A stretch of 64,000 nucleotides of DNA from an archaeon (GTDB lineage: Archaea > Nanobdellota > Nanobdellia > Woesearchaeales > UBA9642), in assembly GCA_043806035.1 (NCBI GenBank), contig JAZDHK010000016.1, forward strand, positions 2,963 to 66,962. Reading direction: 5' to 3'. The position numbers and the translations under genes are program-made. Each line of letters opens with the position of its first letter. Position 1 is the stretch's first letter. Of the stretch, positions 44,709 to 54,981 are shown piece by piece. Under the pieces are notes generated by a model. That model was not told where the DNA came from, searched no databases, and saw nothing but the letters and a program-made list of their open reading frames with translations.

Positions 44709-44867
44709 ATGCCTTTCCTCGTCAGATGTCCTGCCTGCAAAAACACGATGCTCGTCCAGCCGAGACTGCAGCCAGGTGAGGAACTTGCGCCAAAACGGAA
44801 GGTGTGCGTCTACTGCGGAAAGAGCTTTTCTGTGAGAAAACAAGCGCTAAAATACCTCATTCGTTGA
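44709..44867 (+). CDS. small C4 zinc-ribbon protein (52 aa)
   Basis: [14 protein letters not shown]...CVYCGKSF; start chosen at the Met directly before the first CxxC. Confidence 0.4.
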   Translation: MPFLVRCPACKNTMLVQPRLQPGEELAPKRKVCVYCGKSFSVRKQALKYLIR

Positions 44868-44947
44868 GAGGAACAGCGTCAGAAAAAAAGCAAAACACTT
44901 ATAAACCGGGTTGGTTTTTCAGCGTCGATAAAAACAGGAAGACCCCC

Positions 44948-47392
44948 ATGACGAACACGCCATCACAAGAACCATCTGTCCCGCACGAATCACGCATTCT
45001 CAAAGAGATTGTTGAGCAGAAAATGAAGTCTGCATACATAGATTATGCCATGTCCGTCATTGTCAACCGTGCCTTGCCCGATGTGCGTGACGGCCTAAAA
45101 CCAGTCCATCGCAGAGTATTGTATGCCATGAATGATCTAGACTTGGCACACAACAAAGCACACAAGAAGTGTGCAAGGATTGTCGGAGAAGTCTTGGGAA
45201 AGTACCACCCCCACGGTGATAGTGCCGTGTATGAGACATTGGTGCGCATGGCACAGGACTTCTCGCTGCGCTACCCTCTCGTCGATGGACAGGGAAATTT
45301 TGGTAGCATCGATGGGGATAATGCTGCTGCGATGAGATATACGGAAGCACGACTCAGCAAGATTGCAGGAGAAATGCTGCTGGACATTGACAAAGAAACC
45401 GTTGATTTCAAGGACAATTTCGATGCCACCCTGCAAGAGCCCGACGTGCTACCCTCACGCATTCCCAATCTCATCATGAACGGCAGTAATGGCATAGCAG
45501 TGGGCATGGCGACGAACATTCCTCCACACAATCTTCAGGAGATAGGGAAGGCAATCATTGCACTCATTGACAACCCTGAACTGAGCGTTGCCGAGATTAT
45601 CACACACGTGCAAGGTCCTGACTTTCCTACGGGGGGCATCGTCGCTGGCAGGAGCGGCATCGTGTCCGCCTATACGACAGGAAGAGGCATCATCCAGCTG
45701 AAAGGCGTCATGCAAGTACATGAGGTTAAGGAGAAAAAGCGCATCATCATTTCTGAAATTCCCTACCAGGTAAACAAGGCGCAACTCATTGAGGAAATTG
45801 CAGGATTAGTACGTGACAAAAAAATCACGGACATCAGTGACATGCGTGACGAAAGCAATCAAGAGGGCATACGTATCGTGCTTGAGCTGAAGCGGGATGC
45901 ACATCCCGACATCGTCATGAATGTCTTATACAAATTCTCGAGAATGCAAGTGAGTTACAGCATCAACATGCTTGCTCTTGTCGACAATGAGCCGAAGCTG
46001 CTTTCACTGAAGCACGCACTCGTACACTATATCGATCATCGAAAAATTATTGTTGTCAGGAAAGCTCAGTTTGAGCTCAAAAAGGCACAGGAACGGGCAC
46101 ATATCCTTGAAGGTTTGCAGAAGGCCTTGCAGCACATTGATGCCGTCGTTGCGCTCATCAAGAAAGCCGCAAAGGTTGAAGATGCAAAGCAGAAGCTGAT
46201 TGCAGAGTACGGATTGAGTGATGTACAGGCACAAGCCATTCTCGAAATGCGCCTGCAAAGAATCGCCCAGTTGGAACAGGAAAAAATCGTGCAGGAACAT
46301 CAGGGACTCGTGAAAACCATCAGGCAACTCCAGCACCTGCTCTCACACGATGAAGCCATACGTGATGTCATGAAACAGGACCTGGTTGAGGTGATGAAGC
46401 TGTATGGAGATGATCGGAAGACAGTTATCAGCGATGAGGATGAGTCCCTTGAGCTAGAGGAACTCATACCTGACACGATGCAGGTCATCACCCTGACGAG
46501 ATCTGGGTATATCAAAAGAACAGCGCTTGACATTTTCAAGGTGCAGCGACGAGGAGGCAAAGGAGTCATTGGTACGGACAAGAAGGATGAGGATGTTGTC
46601 GAGCACATTTTCGTGGCAAGCACCCGTGCGTCATTGCTCATCTTCACTGACAAAGGGCTGGTGCATTGGCTCAAGATCTGGAAAATCCCTGAAGGCAACA
46701 GATATGGTAAGGGCAAAGCTCTCATCAATCTCGTTGAGCTTGACAAAGAGCAGGTCACGGCAGTCATTCCCGTCAAGGAATTCACGGACAAGGAATGCTT
46801 GATCATGGCGACAAAGCGTGGTGTCGTCAAAAAAACGAACCTGAACGAATATGCAAATCCTCGACGAGGGGGTATCAAGGCCATCGCTTTCGACGAGGGT
46901 GATGTCCTCGTTAATGTCATAAAAACAAAAGGCAATGCAACACTCATCCTTGCAACAAAAAAAGGCATGGCGAGCAAGTTCAGTGAGCATGATGTACGTA
47001 GCGTTGGGAGGACTGCGCGAGGTGTGCGAGGTATACGCTTGCGTCAAGGTGATGCTGTGGTGGGTATGGTTATTGGGGAAGACACCAAAAAGTTGCTGAC
47101 CGTTACCGAGCATGGGTTCGGTAAAAAAACGCTTATCAGCGAATACCGCTGCATCAACAGAGGGGGCAGTGGCGTCATTAACATCCGTTGTGGGGAGCGA
47201 AATGGACCTGTTGCGTGCGTTCGCAGCATTACGGATACGGACGAATTGTTGTTTGTTTCTAAGAATGGCATCATGATCAGGACTTCTGCAGCAGACATTC
47301 CCACAGTAGGAAGAAATACACAGGGTGTGCGTATCATGAAACTCGATCAAGGAGACATCGTGGTAAGCGCTGCAAAAATTTATGGTGAGTAA
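44948..47392 (+). CDS. gyrA: DNA gyrase subunit A (no intein); start at [10 protein letters not shown]
   Basis: [24 protein letters not shown]; catalytic region [10 protein letters not shown]; C-terminal beta-pinwheel repeats. Confidence 0.95.
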   Translation: MTNTPSQEPSVPHESRILKEIVEQKMKSAYIDYAMSVIVNRALPDVRDGLKPVHRRVLYAMNDLDLAHNKAHKKCARIVGEVLGKYHPHGDSAVYETLVRMAQDFSLRYPLVDGQGNFGSIDGDNAAAMRYTEARLSKIAGEMLLDIDKETVDFKDNFDATLQEPDVLPSRIPNLIMNGSNGIAVGMATNIPPHNLQEIGKAIIALIDNPELSVAEIITHVQGPDFPTGGIVAGRSGIVSAYTTGRGIIQLKGVMQVHEVKEKKRIIISEIPYQVNKAQLIEEIAGLVRDKKITDISDMRDESNQEGIRIVLELKRDAHPDIVMNVLYKFSRMQVSYSINMLALVDNEPKLLSLKHALVHYIDHRKIIVVRKAQFELKKAQERAHILEGLQKALQHIDAVVALIKKAAKVEDAKQKLIAEYGLSDVQAQAILEMRLQRIAQLEQEKIVQEHQGLVKTIRQLQHLLSHDEAIRDVMKQDLVEVMKLYGDDRKTVISDEDESLELEELIPDTMQVITLTRSGYIKRTALDIFKVQRRGGKGVIGTDKKDEDVVEHIFVASTRASLLIFTDKGLVHWLKIWKIPEGNRYGKGKALINLVELDKEQVTAVIPVKEFTDKECLIMATKRGVVKKTNLNEYANPRRGGIKAIAFDEGDVLVNVIKTKGNATLILATKKGMASKFSEHDVRSVGRTARGVRGIRLRQGDAVVGMVIGEDTKKLLTVTEHGFGKKTLISEYRCINRGGSGVINIRCGERNGPVACVRSITDTDELLFVSKNGIMIRTSAADIPTVGRNTQGVRIMKLDQGDIVVSAAKIYGE

Positions 47393-47601
47393 GAAAATGA
47401 CTCTGGAGCGTCTCTGAACTCCAGAGCCGATGCGGTGATGTATGATTCCGTCGTTTTCTTGACAAGTACGTTTACAAACACCAAAAGTGAAGTTAATGTG
47501 TATCTTAGTATACACATTAAGGTACGAGTATGGTGTGTTGAGTTGTTCTTGTATATAAAACTTTCGAAAAAACATATAAATCAGAACCCCAGAGGAGAAA
47601 C

Positions 47602-48114
47602 ATGCATGTAGACTATGCCCTCCTCAAAGAAAAGGGATGGACTCCTGAAGAAATAGAAAAAACAGGACGCATCATCGAAAGCATAGAGCGGGCGCACCAT
47701 GCAACGAACAAAAGACATCATAACCTGCTCTATGTGCTGGTTGTGTTCTGCGTGCTTGTCGGGAATTTGTTCTTTGCCATATTTCTCATACCGCTCTTCA
47801 GCACGCTGGACATCATCAGTCTGCTCATCATCATCGGCATTCTCGGCATCATCTATGGCTTGATCTTTGCGTTGCTCATCAACGATCTTGAGAAGCTCGA
47901 ACCTATCCACCAGTACAGTGCAACGCTCATCGTTGCAGCAACTGCATTCATCAATTTTTATATCGTCGTGCGATTCTCCCAGGAATTGTTCGTCCTGCCT
48001 GGCTTCCACAACAGCAACAGCCCCCTCATCGTGGGAATCATCTATACACTGGCATTCATCATGCCGTACGCGAACCAGCTCGTAAAACAAAGGTCAGCAC
48101 ATGCAACTCATTGA
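47602..48114 (+). CDS. membrane protein (hypothetical, 4 TM)
   Basis: Hydrophobic helices; no recognisable motif. Confidence 0.4.
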   Translation: MHVDYALLKEKGWTPEEIEKTGRIIESIERAHHATNKRHHNLLYVLVVFCVLVGNLFFAIFLIPLFSTLDIISLLIIIGILGIIYGLIFALLINDLEKLEPIHQYSATLIVAATAFINFYIVVRFSQELFVLPGFHNSNSPLIVGIIYTLAFIMPYANQLVKQRSAHATH

Positions 48115-48538
48115 ATGGACAACGAGATTCATTAAATTCAAGGATGCCATGGAGCGAAAGCTCCAGAGTATGAAAGAAGAGAACAACAAGATTATTTGCC
48201 AGTTCAAGGACAAGACGCTGACGTACGTGTGTGGCCAGCTTGCAGACTTTGTTCCCGAAGATGCTATTTTTGTGTGTGAGAACACCCCAGAAAACCTTGA
48301 CGTGCTGATAAAGAAGTGGGATGCGTACACGCAATGTAGGAAGCTCATGATCATCTTCGTGAATCTTGCACGGAATGAGAAGTGGAGCATCATCCCCTAC
48401 ACGCACAGTCTTATAGCAGAACGAGAAAGCCTCGAGCAAGGACTACGAACACTGTTTGACAACTGCAATGGCGCAGTCGAGAAGATTCCTAAGGCGAAAA
48501 AGAAGATGTTTGAGGAGCCAGAAGATACTGAGAATTAG
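48101..48538 (+). CDS. hypothetical protein
   Basis: 145-aa ORF overlapping the upstream gene by 14 nt. Confidence 0.4.
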   Translation: MQLIEWTTRFIKFKDAMERKLQSMKEENNKIICQFKDKTLTYVCGQLADFVPEDAIFVCENTPENLDVLIKKWDAYTQCRKLMIIFVNLARNEKWSIIPYTHSLIAERESLEQGLRTLFDNCNGAVEKIPKAKKKMFEEPEDTEN

Positions 48539-48891
48539 CGGAAGAAATTGAAATAGACGTCCTTATTGGGCAGTTTGAGTTTCCAAGAATATCCCCCGCG
48601 TTCAAGCAATAGGTGGTGCACATCTACCTTGAAAATAAGTGTCTTAAAATCTTGAGCTGCTACTTTGATAGTGAATTTTCCGCCTGTAATGAGAATGTGT
48701 AGTTTAGGGTTATTTTTGATGTAGTCAAAAGAAAGCCCCGCTACAGTATCACCCTCAACAAAAGTGATGTGCACATAGCTTATATTGTACATTTCTTCGA
48801 TGCCATACTCTACGTTAGCTTTTGCTTGGGCATACTGGTGTGAGAATTGCTTCACGAAATTGTCATTAGACAACGTCAATTCAGTACTCAT
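48535..48891 (-). CDS. hypothetical protein
   Basis: 118 aa; ATGA overlap with the upstream PRC-barrel gene. Confidence 0.4.
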   Translation of the reverse strand: MSTELTLSNDNFVKQFSHQYAQAKANVEYGIEEMYNISYVHITFVEGDTVAGLSFDYIKNNPKLHILITGGKFTIKVAAQDFKTLIFKVDVHHLLLERGGYSWKLKLPNKDVYFNFFR

Positions 48892-49223
48892 GCTTCGTCG
48901 TCAGCAGGCATGCCTCCTTCGCCAGAAGGAACTGCGGTCTTGCTGATGATCATAATGTCTCCTATGCTCTTGACGAGCTGGTGCGGCACGATAACACCCT
49001 TTGCCGAGCCGAGCACTTTGTTCAGGAAGCTGTTCTTTGTCGAGCGGACTCGCCAGCCAAAGACCTTGGTCTGCACCAGGATGGCCTCCTCGATATCGCC
49101 AAAATACTCGCCAGAATCAGTGAATACTCGCATGTCGTACGTCTCGGAAATTCGTTTCATCTTCAGCATACTACCACCTTTACTGCGCAATAGATACACT
49201 TCTTTAAATACGTTTCGCTTCAC
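48888..49223 (-). CDS. PRC-barrel domain protein
   Basis: MKMKRISETYDMRVFTDSGEYFGDIEEAIL...KVFGWRV pattern of stand-alone archaeal PRC barrels. Confidence 0.5.
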   Translation of the reverse strand: MKRNVFKEVYLLRSKGGSMLKMKRISETYDMRVFTDSGEYFGDIEEAILVQTKVFGWRVRSTKNSFLNKVLGSAKGVIVPHQLVKSIGDIMIISKTAVPSGEGGMPADDEA

Positions 49224-49297
49224 GAGAATGCATAGAAAACTTTAAATAGAGGCAGCATCTCTAAGCTACTGCTTTAACTTAAGAGAAGTTACAAAGG

Positions 49298-49576
49298 GTG
49301 AATGTCATGGCCGAATCATTGGATGAAAAAAAATTCTCAAAGCAACTCTTGGGCAAGACGATTGTCTCTAAGACGGGAAAAAGGTTCGGTGACGTTGGTG
49401 ACATTGTCTTCGAGACAAGGTCTGGAGAATTAATCCATCTCGTGCTGGCCAACCCGACAAGCTACACGGAGAAGCTTGAGCTGGAAAGGACGAAGGAAGG
49501 CAATCTCCTCATCCCCTTTAGCGCCGTGATTGCCGTTGGCGATTTCATCGTCGTTGCTGAAGAAGATATTATCTAA
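49298..49576 (+). CDS. PRC-barrel domain protein (divergent from the other PRC-barrel gene)
   Basis: LLGKTIVSKTGKRFGDVGDIVFETRSGELIHLVL matches the PRC-barrel pattern. Confidence 0.5.
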   Translation: MNVMAESLDEKKFSKQLLGKTIVSKTGKRFGDVGDIVFETRSGELIHLVLANPTSYTEKLELERTKEGNLLIPFSAVIAVGDFIVVAEEDII

Positions 49577-49950
49577 GAGCAAGGCACTTCTTGCAGAGGC
49601 TCTATAGTGTGGTTATGCACGTAGCAGGCGCTACGCACGCCAATGCATTCACTATACCCCCATGAGTCTTCAATAACGCCGATACAGGTACAACTTTGCT
49701 CCCAGAACCCCTTTGGATTAATATCACACGTTGGAAACGGAATGAAGGTAAAAAATATGATGAAGACAAAGAGTCCCACCATCCAGAATGCATACTTTCT
49801 CTCGAACCGACGAACAAAAAGCACAGTAAGTAACGCATACGGAAGAAACACAATCAACGTCAGTAGAGAGAAGCTTGCCGTCAAAAAGAACACAACGACA
49901 GGGAATGTGCCAAGCAATACTATTGCGAGTAGAATTTTAGGAATATCCAC
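49573..49950 (-). CDS. small Cys-containing membrane protein (hypothetical)
   Basis: Three hydrophobic helices; C-terminal CxC...C cluster. Confidence 0.35.
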   Translation of the reverse strand: MDIPKILLAIVLLGTFPVVVFFLTASFSLLTLIVFLPYALLTVLFVRRFERKYAFWMVGLFVFIIFFTFIPFPTCDINPKGFWEQSCTCIGVIEDSWGYSECIGVRSACYVHNHTIEPLQEVPCS

Positions 49951-50023
49951 ACTACATAACGTGCTTCCCTTTATTAAAATTTTTTCATAACCTATTTAAA
50001 CAATCCCCTGTTTTCTAATCTTC

Positions 50024-50974
50024 ATGCACGACATCTGGACGGAAAAGTACAGGCCGAAGACGTTTGCTGAGGTGAAGGGCCAGCAGGAAGTCATCAAGAG
50101 AGTAGAGGCGTTGGTCAAGCAAAAAAACTTACCTCATCTCATGTTTGCAGGCCCTGCTGGCGTTGGCAAGACAACTCTCGCACTCGTCGTGGCACATCAG
50201 CTGTACGGCAAAGACTGGAAAGAGCACGTTCTTGAACTCAACGCCTCTGACGAGCGAGGCATCGACGTCATCCGTGTTAAAGTGAAAGAGTTCGCAAGGA
50301 CAAAAGCTATAGAGGCAGTCCCCTTCAAGATCATTTATCTCGACGAATGCGATGCACTGACGAAAGAGGCCCAGCAAGCGCTGAGAAGGACCATGGAGAA
50401 CTACACGCAGACGTGCAGGTTCATCCTCTCCTGCAATTACTCAAGCAAGATTATCGATCCGATCCAAAGCAGGTGCATGCTCTTCAAGTTCAAGCCATTG
50501 AGTCAAGAGGACATTGAAAACGTTATAGACAACATCGCCAAGCAGGAGAAGCTGCATATGAGCAAGGAAACAAAAGCTGCCTTGTACGAAGTGACCCGAG
50601 GTGATTGCAGGCGTGCAGAGAACGTCCTGCAAGGGGCAGCAGCCCTCTCGACGACCATAACGGAAAAGGAAATATACGAAGTGGCTAGTGTCGCAAAGCC
50701 CAAGGAGATCATTGATGTGCTGGAGCTTGCAGCAAAAGGCAGATTCTTGGATGCGAAGCAGCGGCTGCTCGATACCATGCTCAAACACGGCCTTGGCGGG
50801 CTTGATGTCATCAAGCAAATGCAGCAGAGCGCCTGGCAGCTCTCCTTGTCAGATCATGCGAAGCTCGAGCTGGTCATGCTCTGTGGAGAGATAGAATTCA
50901 GGATGGTTGAGGGCAGCGATGACTTCATCCAGCTAGAAACACTGCTTGCAAAAACGGCACTTCTCAAAAAATAA
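50024..50974 (+). CDS. rfcS: replication factor C small subunit (no intein)
   Basis: WTEKYRP box, Walker A GPAGVGKTT, DEAD-like YLDECDAL, SRC motif (QSRC). Confidence 0.95.
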   Translation: MHDIWTEKYRPKTFAEVKGQQEVIKRVEALVKQKNLPHLMFAGPAGVGKTTLALVVAHQLYGKDWKEHVLELNASDERGIDVIRVKVKEFARTKAIEAVPFKIIYLDECDALTKEAQQALRRTMENYTQTCRFILSCNYSSKIIDPIQSRCMLFKFKPLSQEDIENVIDNIAKQEKLHMSKETKAALYEVTRGDCRRAENVLQGAAALSTTITEKEIYEVASVAKPKEIIDVLELAAKGRFLDAKQRLLDTMLKHGLGGLDVIKQMQQSAWQLSLSDHAKLELVMLCGEIEFRMVEGSDDFIQLETLLAKTALLKK

Positions 50975-51000
50975 AAAAAGAAAAAAATATCACGTAACTA
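50975..51000 (-). terminator. T-rich tract on the minus strand immediately downstream of the lipoprotein cluster
   Basis: Minus strand reads TTTTTTTCTTTTTTTATTTTTT directly after the stop of 51001..51963. Confidence 0.3.
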
Positions 51001-51963
51001 TCACTCATTCTCTCCGCTTGACTTCACAAGGATTTTCGTGATGATCGATTCCTGGAAGTCATAGTCAATCCAGATATTGACGAGTTTCGTCTTATCCTGA
51101 CGCTCTGATTCGGGGATTTGCTGCACGCAGCTCACTGTCCTTGAGCCACTGACCAGTTTCACGACACCAGAAGCCACACCATCAGAGTCTGTGGTGAATC
51201 CTTGGCAGGAGAAGTCTCCTTCGATGCCCGTCTTGACACGCACCATAACTTTATCCTCTGCGGCTCTCGCCTGCGCGTTCGTGAAGCCGTATGCGCATTC
51301 GGTGCCGTTCTCGAAGACCTTGCCTGCTCCTCTGCTGACTTCGAACGTGAACCTAATCTTATCAGATCCTTGCGTGTATTCTTGGAAGTTAGCTATAGCG
51401 ACCGGTGCTCCGGAATATTCGAACTTTTTCGGACCCGAGACGATGCAGACCTTGGTGTTCTTGCTGTCGAGGAGGTTTTTCTTGATGCACAATTCTCCGA
51501 TTGCTCTTGTCTGGTAGACGTAACACGCATCTATGACGATGGGAAATTCGTGATTACCAGGAAGATCCTCGACGTGGTTAAGCGCGAAGTATTCTGAAAC
51601 GGGGGCGAAGCTCTCTATCTTTCCCGTGTCAGGATTCAGACGGACAGCGAGAAGATCATCATCTGCTGTGCTTCTGAAGTCATCGCTGTTGTTGACACCG
51701 AATTCTCTGGCATCAAGTCCTTTAAGTTCGATATGCATGTCATCCATGTCAACAGTAGTCTCTCCTTTGTTTTCCATGCGGATGCCGACTTCGAACGGGA
51801 AGTCCCCGCCAGCCGTGACATAATCGGGAGGTGCGTCTGGCTCGAAGCTGATGACTACTCCGGCATTTCCACCCGCATAGAATCGGGTGTTTGATGGTTG
51901 CTGCGAACCACAGGCAGTGACGAGGAATGCAAGCACAAGCAAGGGTATAAAGAGTTTATTCAT
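51001..51963 (-). CDS. lipobox lipoprotein, paralog 1 (signal MNKLFIPLLVLAFLVTAC)
   Basis: Lipobox LVTAC|GS; body shares the ...F(E/K)PDAPPD..FPFEVGIRMENKGET pattern with the two upstream lipoproteins. Confidence 0.5.
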   Translation of the reverse strand: MNKLFIPLLVLAFLVTACGSQQPSNTRFYAGGNAGVVISFEPDAPPDYVTAGGDFPFEVGIRMENKGETTVDMDDMHIELKGLDAREFGVNNSDDFRSTADDDLLAVRLNPDTGKIESFAPVSEYFALNHVEDLPGNHEFPIVIDACYVYQTRAIGELCIKKNLLDSKNTKVCIVSGPKKFEYSGAPVAIANFQEYTQGSDKIRFTFEVSRGAGKVFENGTECAYGFTNAQARAAEDKVMVRVKTGIEGDFSCQGFTTDSDGVASGVVKLVSGSRTVSCVQQIPESERQDKTKLVNIWIDYDFQESIITKILVKSSGENE

Positions 51964-52021
51964 GAATTCTACCTCCTTCTGTGTCTTTCTGTGACGAATG
52001 GTTTTTTATAGTTTGTCCTTT

Positions 52022-53317
52022 TTAGCCTGCCCGCTTCACGTACACGTGCCTTTCTATCGTTTCCGAATAGCCATACCAGAGCTCGATGATGAGCGGTGTG
52101 GTGTAGGCACTGCGCATGGTCGCGTATTGTAGGTCGTATGTGCAGACGATGGTGCCTGTCTTTGTTTTTGGATCGAGCCTGATGAAGTCTTCATTGCAGG
52201 TGAGCCTGCTGCCTCGAGATGGCGCATTGTCCCTGCTGCCCGCTATGCGTATATCTCCCAGATAGATGACGTTCAGATGCTTGCTGCGTAAGTCTCCTGG
52301 ATAGTAGGGAGAGCACCTTTCCAGATAACCTGGGTCTATAACATCTCCTCTGCCTATGTTCTTGACGGTTATGGTGAAGACGACACTCTGTGGGGTGGGT
52401 TCTGCATCGATGTGCGTTATTGCCACGGGTGCTCCTTGGCTGCCTTTGAGATTCACTTGGTTTGCCCTGCATACCTTCCTGTCCTCGGAGAAGGGTGCTG
52501 GGTCTATGCATATGTCTGGGCTGGCGTACGTTGCGTACGCGTAGCAGTTCGTCACGAGGAATGTTTGTTGGGTGTGGTCGAGATTGGATGGCCAGTTGTA
52601 AATGCGCCCGTTGAACGTGATGTAGTCCTGCTGACCTCCAGGATAGTATTGCGTGTTCCCCGCAAGTAAGTATTCTTGGCCGTTGTACCTGCTGAGGTTC
52701 ATGCCTGCGAGCGCGAAAAGCAGACCTCTACCGTAGTTGAGTATGTCGACGTTGATGCCTGCCCAGTTCAGATGCACCGCTCCGTTGTTACCATTTTGGT
52801 CATACTCTATCTGAAAGTCGTTAAGCCAGGTCCAATCATCGTTGCTTCTCGTTATCTTGTTGAGAAAATCACCAATTCTGTTGAGTTGTATGCCCCAGTG
52901 CGTGTTGTCCTGATATTCGGCATGAACGCCGTTGCAGACGAAGGATATGAAGAAGCTCGTCCAGTCGCTCATTTGGTTGAAGTCAAAACCACAGTCCGAC
53001 ATGCCCGTGGGATCGACGCTGAATTCCTGGAAGCGCATCATGCCCGGGTCAAAACCGCTCACGAAGACTGCCCCTCTCGTATAGCTTGCTCCTTTATCGT
53101 GTAGAATCATGCTCACGGTGAAATCGTTGGGAGCATCCCGTGCCTGTGTCGGCGTAAAATAGTACAGCCTAACGGGGGGACTGCCCGAGTCGGCAAATTC
53201 CATTCTTACTCCTTCTGTTCCTGTAAAGTATTGCTTGTCAGGATTTTGCTTGTTGCTGTAGCTGCCACATCCTGTTAGAAAGAGCAAAAACACCAATGCC
53301 AGAATAACTCGCCTCAT
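52022..53317 (-). CDS. lipobox lipoprotein, paralog 2 (signal MRRVILALVFLLFLTGC)
   Basis: Lipobox LTGC|GS; beta-rich with W/Y/N-rich repeats. Confidence 0.5.
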   Translation of the reverse strand: MRRVILALVFLLFLTGCGSYSNKQNPDKQYFTGTEGVRMEFADSGSPPVRLYYFTPTQARDAPNDFTVSMILHDKGASYTRGAVFVSGFDPGMMRFQEFSVDPTGMSDCGFDFNQMSDWTSFFISFVCNGVHAEYQDNTHWGIQLNRIGDFLNKITRSNDDWTWLNDFQIEYDQNGNNGAVHLNWAGINVDILNYGRGLLFALAGMNLSRYNGQEYLLAGNTQYYPGGQQDYITFNGRIYNWPSNLDHTQQTFLVTNCYAYATYASPDICIDPAPFSEDRKVCRANQVNLKGSQGAPVAITHIDAEPTPQSVVFTITVKNIGRGDVIDPGYLERCSPYYPGDLRSKHLNVIYLGDIRIAGSRDNAPSRGSRLTCNEDFIRLDPKTKTGTIVCTYDLQYATMRSAYTTPLIIELWYGYSETIERHVYVKRAG

Positions 53318-53349
53318 ACCTCTTTCTCCATCTTCAGGGTTTATAAATT

Positions 53350-54921
53350 TTATCCGACGTTCAGGCGTATCTCCTTCGAGAGGAGTGCTTCATTGCCGTT
53401 TTGGACATACGCATTGAAGTGCAGTCTGTACTGCATGTTGTGTTCTGTCTGCAACGTTAGTTTGTGCTGGAGCGCTTGCTGCTCCCCTCCCTGCTCTGAA
53501 TTGCAAGGATAGTTGTCTTGACTCAATTGTGTACCGTTACGCGTGGTTAAATCTATAGCACAGGTAGTGATGCCCGGCCCCCCCGCGTATCCCCAAAATT
53601 CGTATTCGGTATTTGCTGCAAGAGTCATGGGACTCCTGACGTCCTGCTGCTGCACACCGCCTATTTGTTTCATTTTCAGGACGAGGAATCCTCTATCTGA
53701 CGATTCGCAGCAATATTTGTTGCCTGGGCAGTAATAGCCCGTAACACACTTGCCTTGGCTCCTGAGTGCATTGCATTCCTGCTCGGTGCAGGAGCAGGAA
53801 AAGGTTGGTGTTAACCATGCATTCTGGCAGAGTGCAGCATCAGGATTATCGACGCAATAGTAGCATTTGCTGATGCACTCGTTTGCCCTGCAGACCATGA
53901 TGCTGTTGAAGCACAATTCTCCATCAGGCCTGTTCAGGCATTCGTTCGGAGGATTGATGATCGTGTCTCCCTCTATTGTGCTTCGTTCGATGCGCACTTT
54001 CGCCTGTGCACCTGACTGATAGACGTACGTGAGCGTAATGAAGAGGTTGCTTTCGTAATTGTCGCTCACACCGAGAACGACGTCGTCGTCTCTTGCCGTG
54101 CATCGTGTGAATCCCTTGTCATCGATGAGTTTAATGTTTTGTGGGCTGCACTGTAATTCTCTGCTGCCCAATGCTGCACTGACGCGAACCACGTCTATTT
54201 CGGATCTGTTGAGTCCTTGGAGGAAGCATGCGCTATCGAAATCTTCAGGATCTCCCGGATTGAGCACGGTGCCGCCTCCGACGTTAGAAACATCTATCTT
54301 GAATTGTGGTTTGTAATAGTCGCCTCCTTGTACGGGATAAATTTCTGGGCTGATCATGGTTACGGCGATGGGTGCTCCTTGTGATGAGAGCGAGAGCTGT
54401 TTTGCCGTGCATACTTGCTTCCGATAATTCTCGGAATACTTGCTCGTGTCTACGCACACGGTCTGGGAAACGCTTGTTTGGTAGGGAAAGCAGAGTACGG
54501 CAGAGATCGTTGTTTCCGGATGCTCACGCTGGCCTTTGATGCTCTTGAAGTGCAAGATGCCTTGCATGATTGTGCTGTCACCATTGGGATAGTAGAGCGA
54601 CTTGCCATACAACAATCCTATCCCTCGGGGAAAGGGAGGTATGCCGTTGTCCTCGCTTACTTCGAGATAATAGGGATCGTAGCTCAGGCTGAGCTTTGCA
54701 CGTGTATCATTGGCCATGTTGAACGTGCCTTTGTTCTCAACGAGCAGTGCGAAAGGGACGTAGCTGCTTTCCAGCACATCTTGGGGAGGCTGCTCTTTCA
54801 AGAAGGAAACGACCAATCCGTCCTTGCCTGTGATGATGTTTCTATCCACATCGGTAAGTCTGCAGGCGCTGAGCATGAGTAACAGACAGGATAAAACGGC
54901 AAGGAGGGGAAGTGCACGCAT
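53350..54921 (-). CDS. lipobox lipoprotein, paralog 3, with a Cys-rich module (start at MRALPLLAVLSCLLLMLSAC)
   Basis: Lipobox LSAC|RL; N-terminal domain related to paralogs 1-2; central region with more than 20 Cys in CxxC/CxC spacing. Confidence 0.5.
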   Translation of the reverse strand: MRALPLLAVLSCLLLMLSACRLTDVDRNIITGKDGLVVSFLKEQPPQDVLESSYVPFALLVENKGTFNMANDTRAKLSLSYDPYYLEVSEDNGIPPFPRGIGLLYGKSLYYPNGDSTIMQGILHFKSIKGQREHPETTISAVLCFPYQTSVSQTVCVDTSKYSENYRKQVCTAKQLSLSSQGAPIAVTMISPEIYPVQGGDYYKPQFKIDVSNVGGGTVLNPGDPEDFDSACFLQGLNRSEIDVVRVSAALGSRELQCSPQNIKLIDDKGFTRCTARDDDVVLGVSDNYESNLFITLTYVYQSGAQAKVRIERSTIEGDTIINPPNECLNRPDGELCFNSIMVCRANECISKCYYCVDNPDAALCQNAWLTPTFSCSCTEQECNALRSQGKCVTGYYCPGNKYCCESSDRGFLVLKMKQIGGVQQQDVRSPMTLAANTEYEFWGYAGGPGITTCAIDLTTRNGTQLSQDNYPCNSEQGGEQQALQHKLTLQTEHNMQYRLHFNAYVQNGNEALLSKEIRLNVG

Positions 54922-54981
54922 GTCGTTCTTGTGTTGCAGAGGGGTTATAAATGTTTTGGCTGCAATCATGCTTCACTGTGC

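Noticed and set aside
47420-47470. Possible C/D-box sRNA (GTGATGT ... CTGA) in the gyrA downstream gap
   Set aside because: The motifs are single, degenerate occurrences; without a K-turn pairing or guide complementarity I cannot support an sRNA call.
46300-47575. Long antisense ORFs (314 and 225 aa) opposite gyrA
   Set aside because: GyrA is clearly the real gene; the antisense ORFs are Ser/Cys/Arg-rich translation artefacts.
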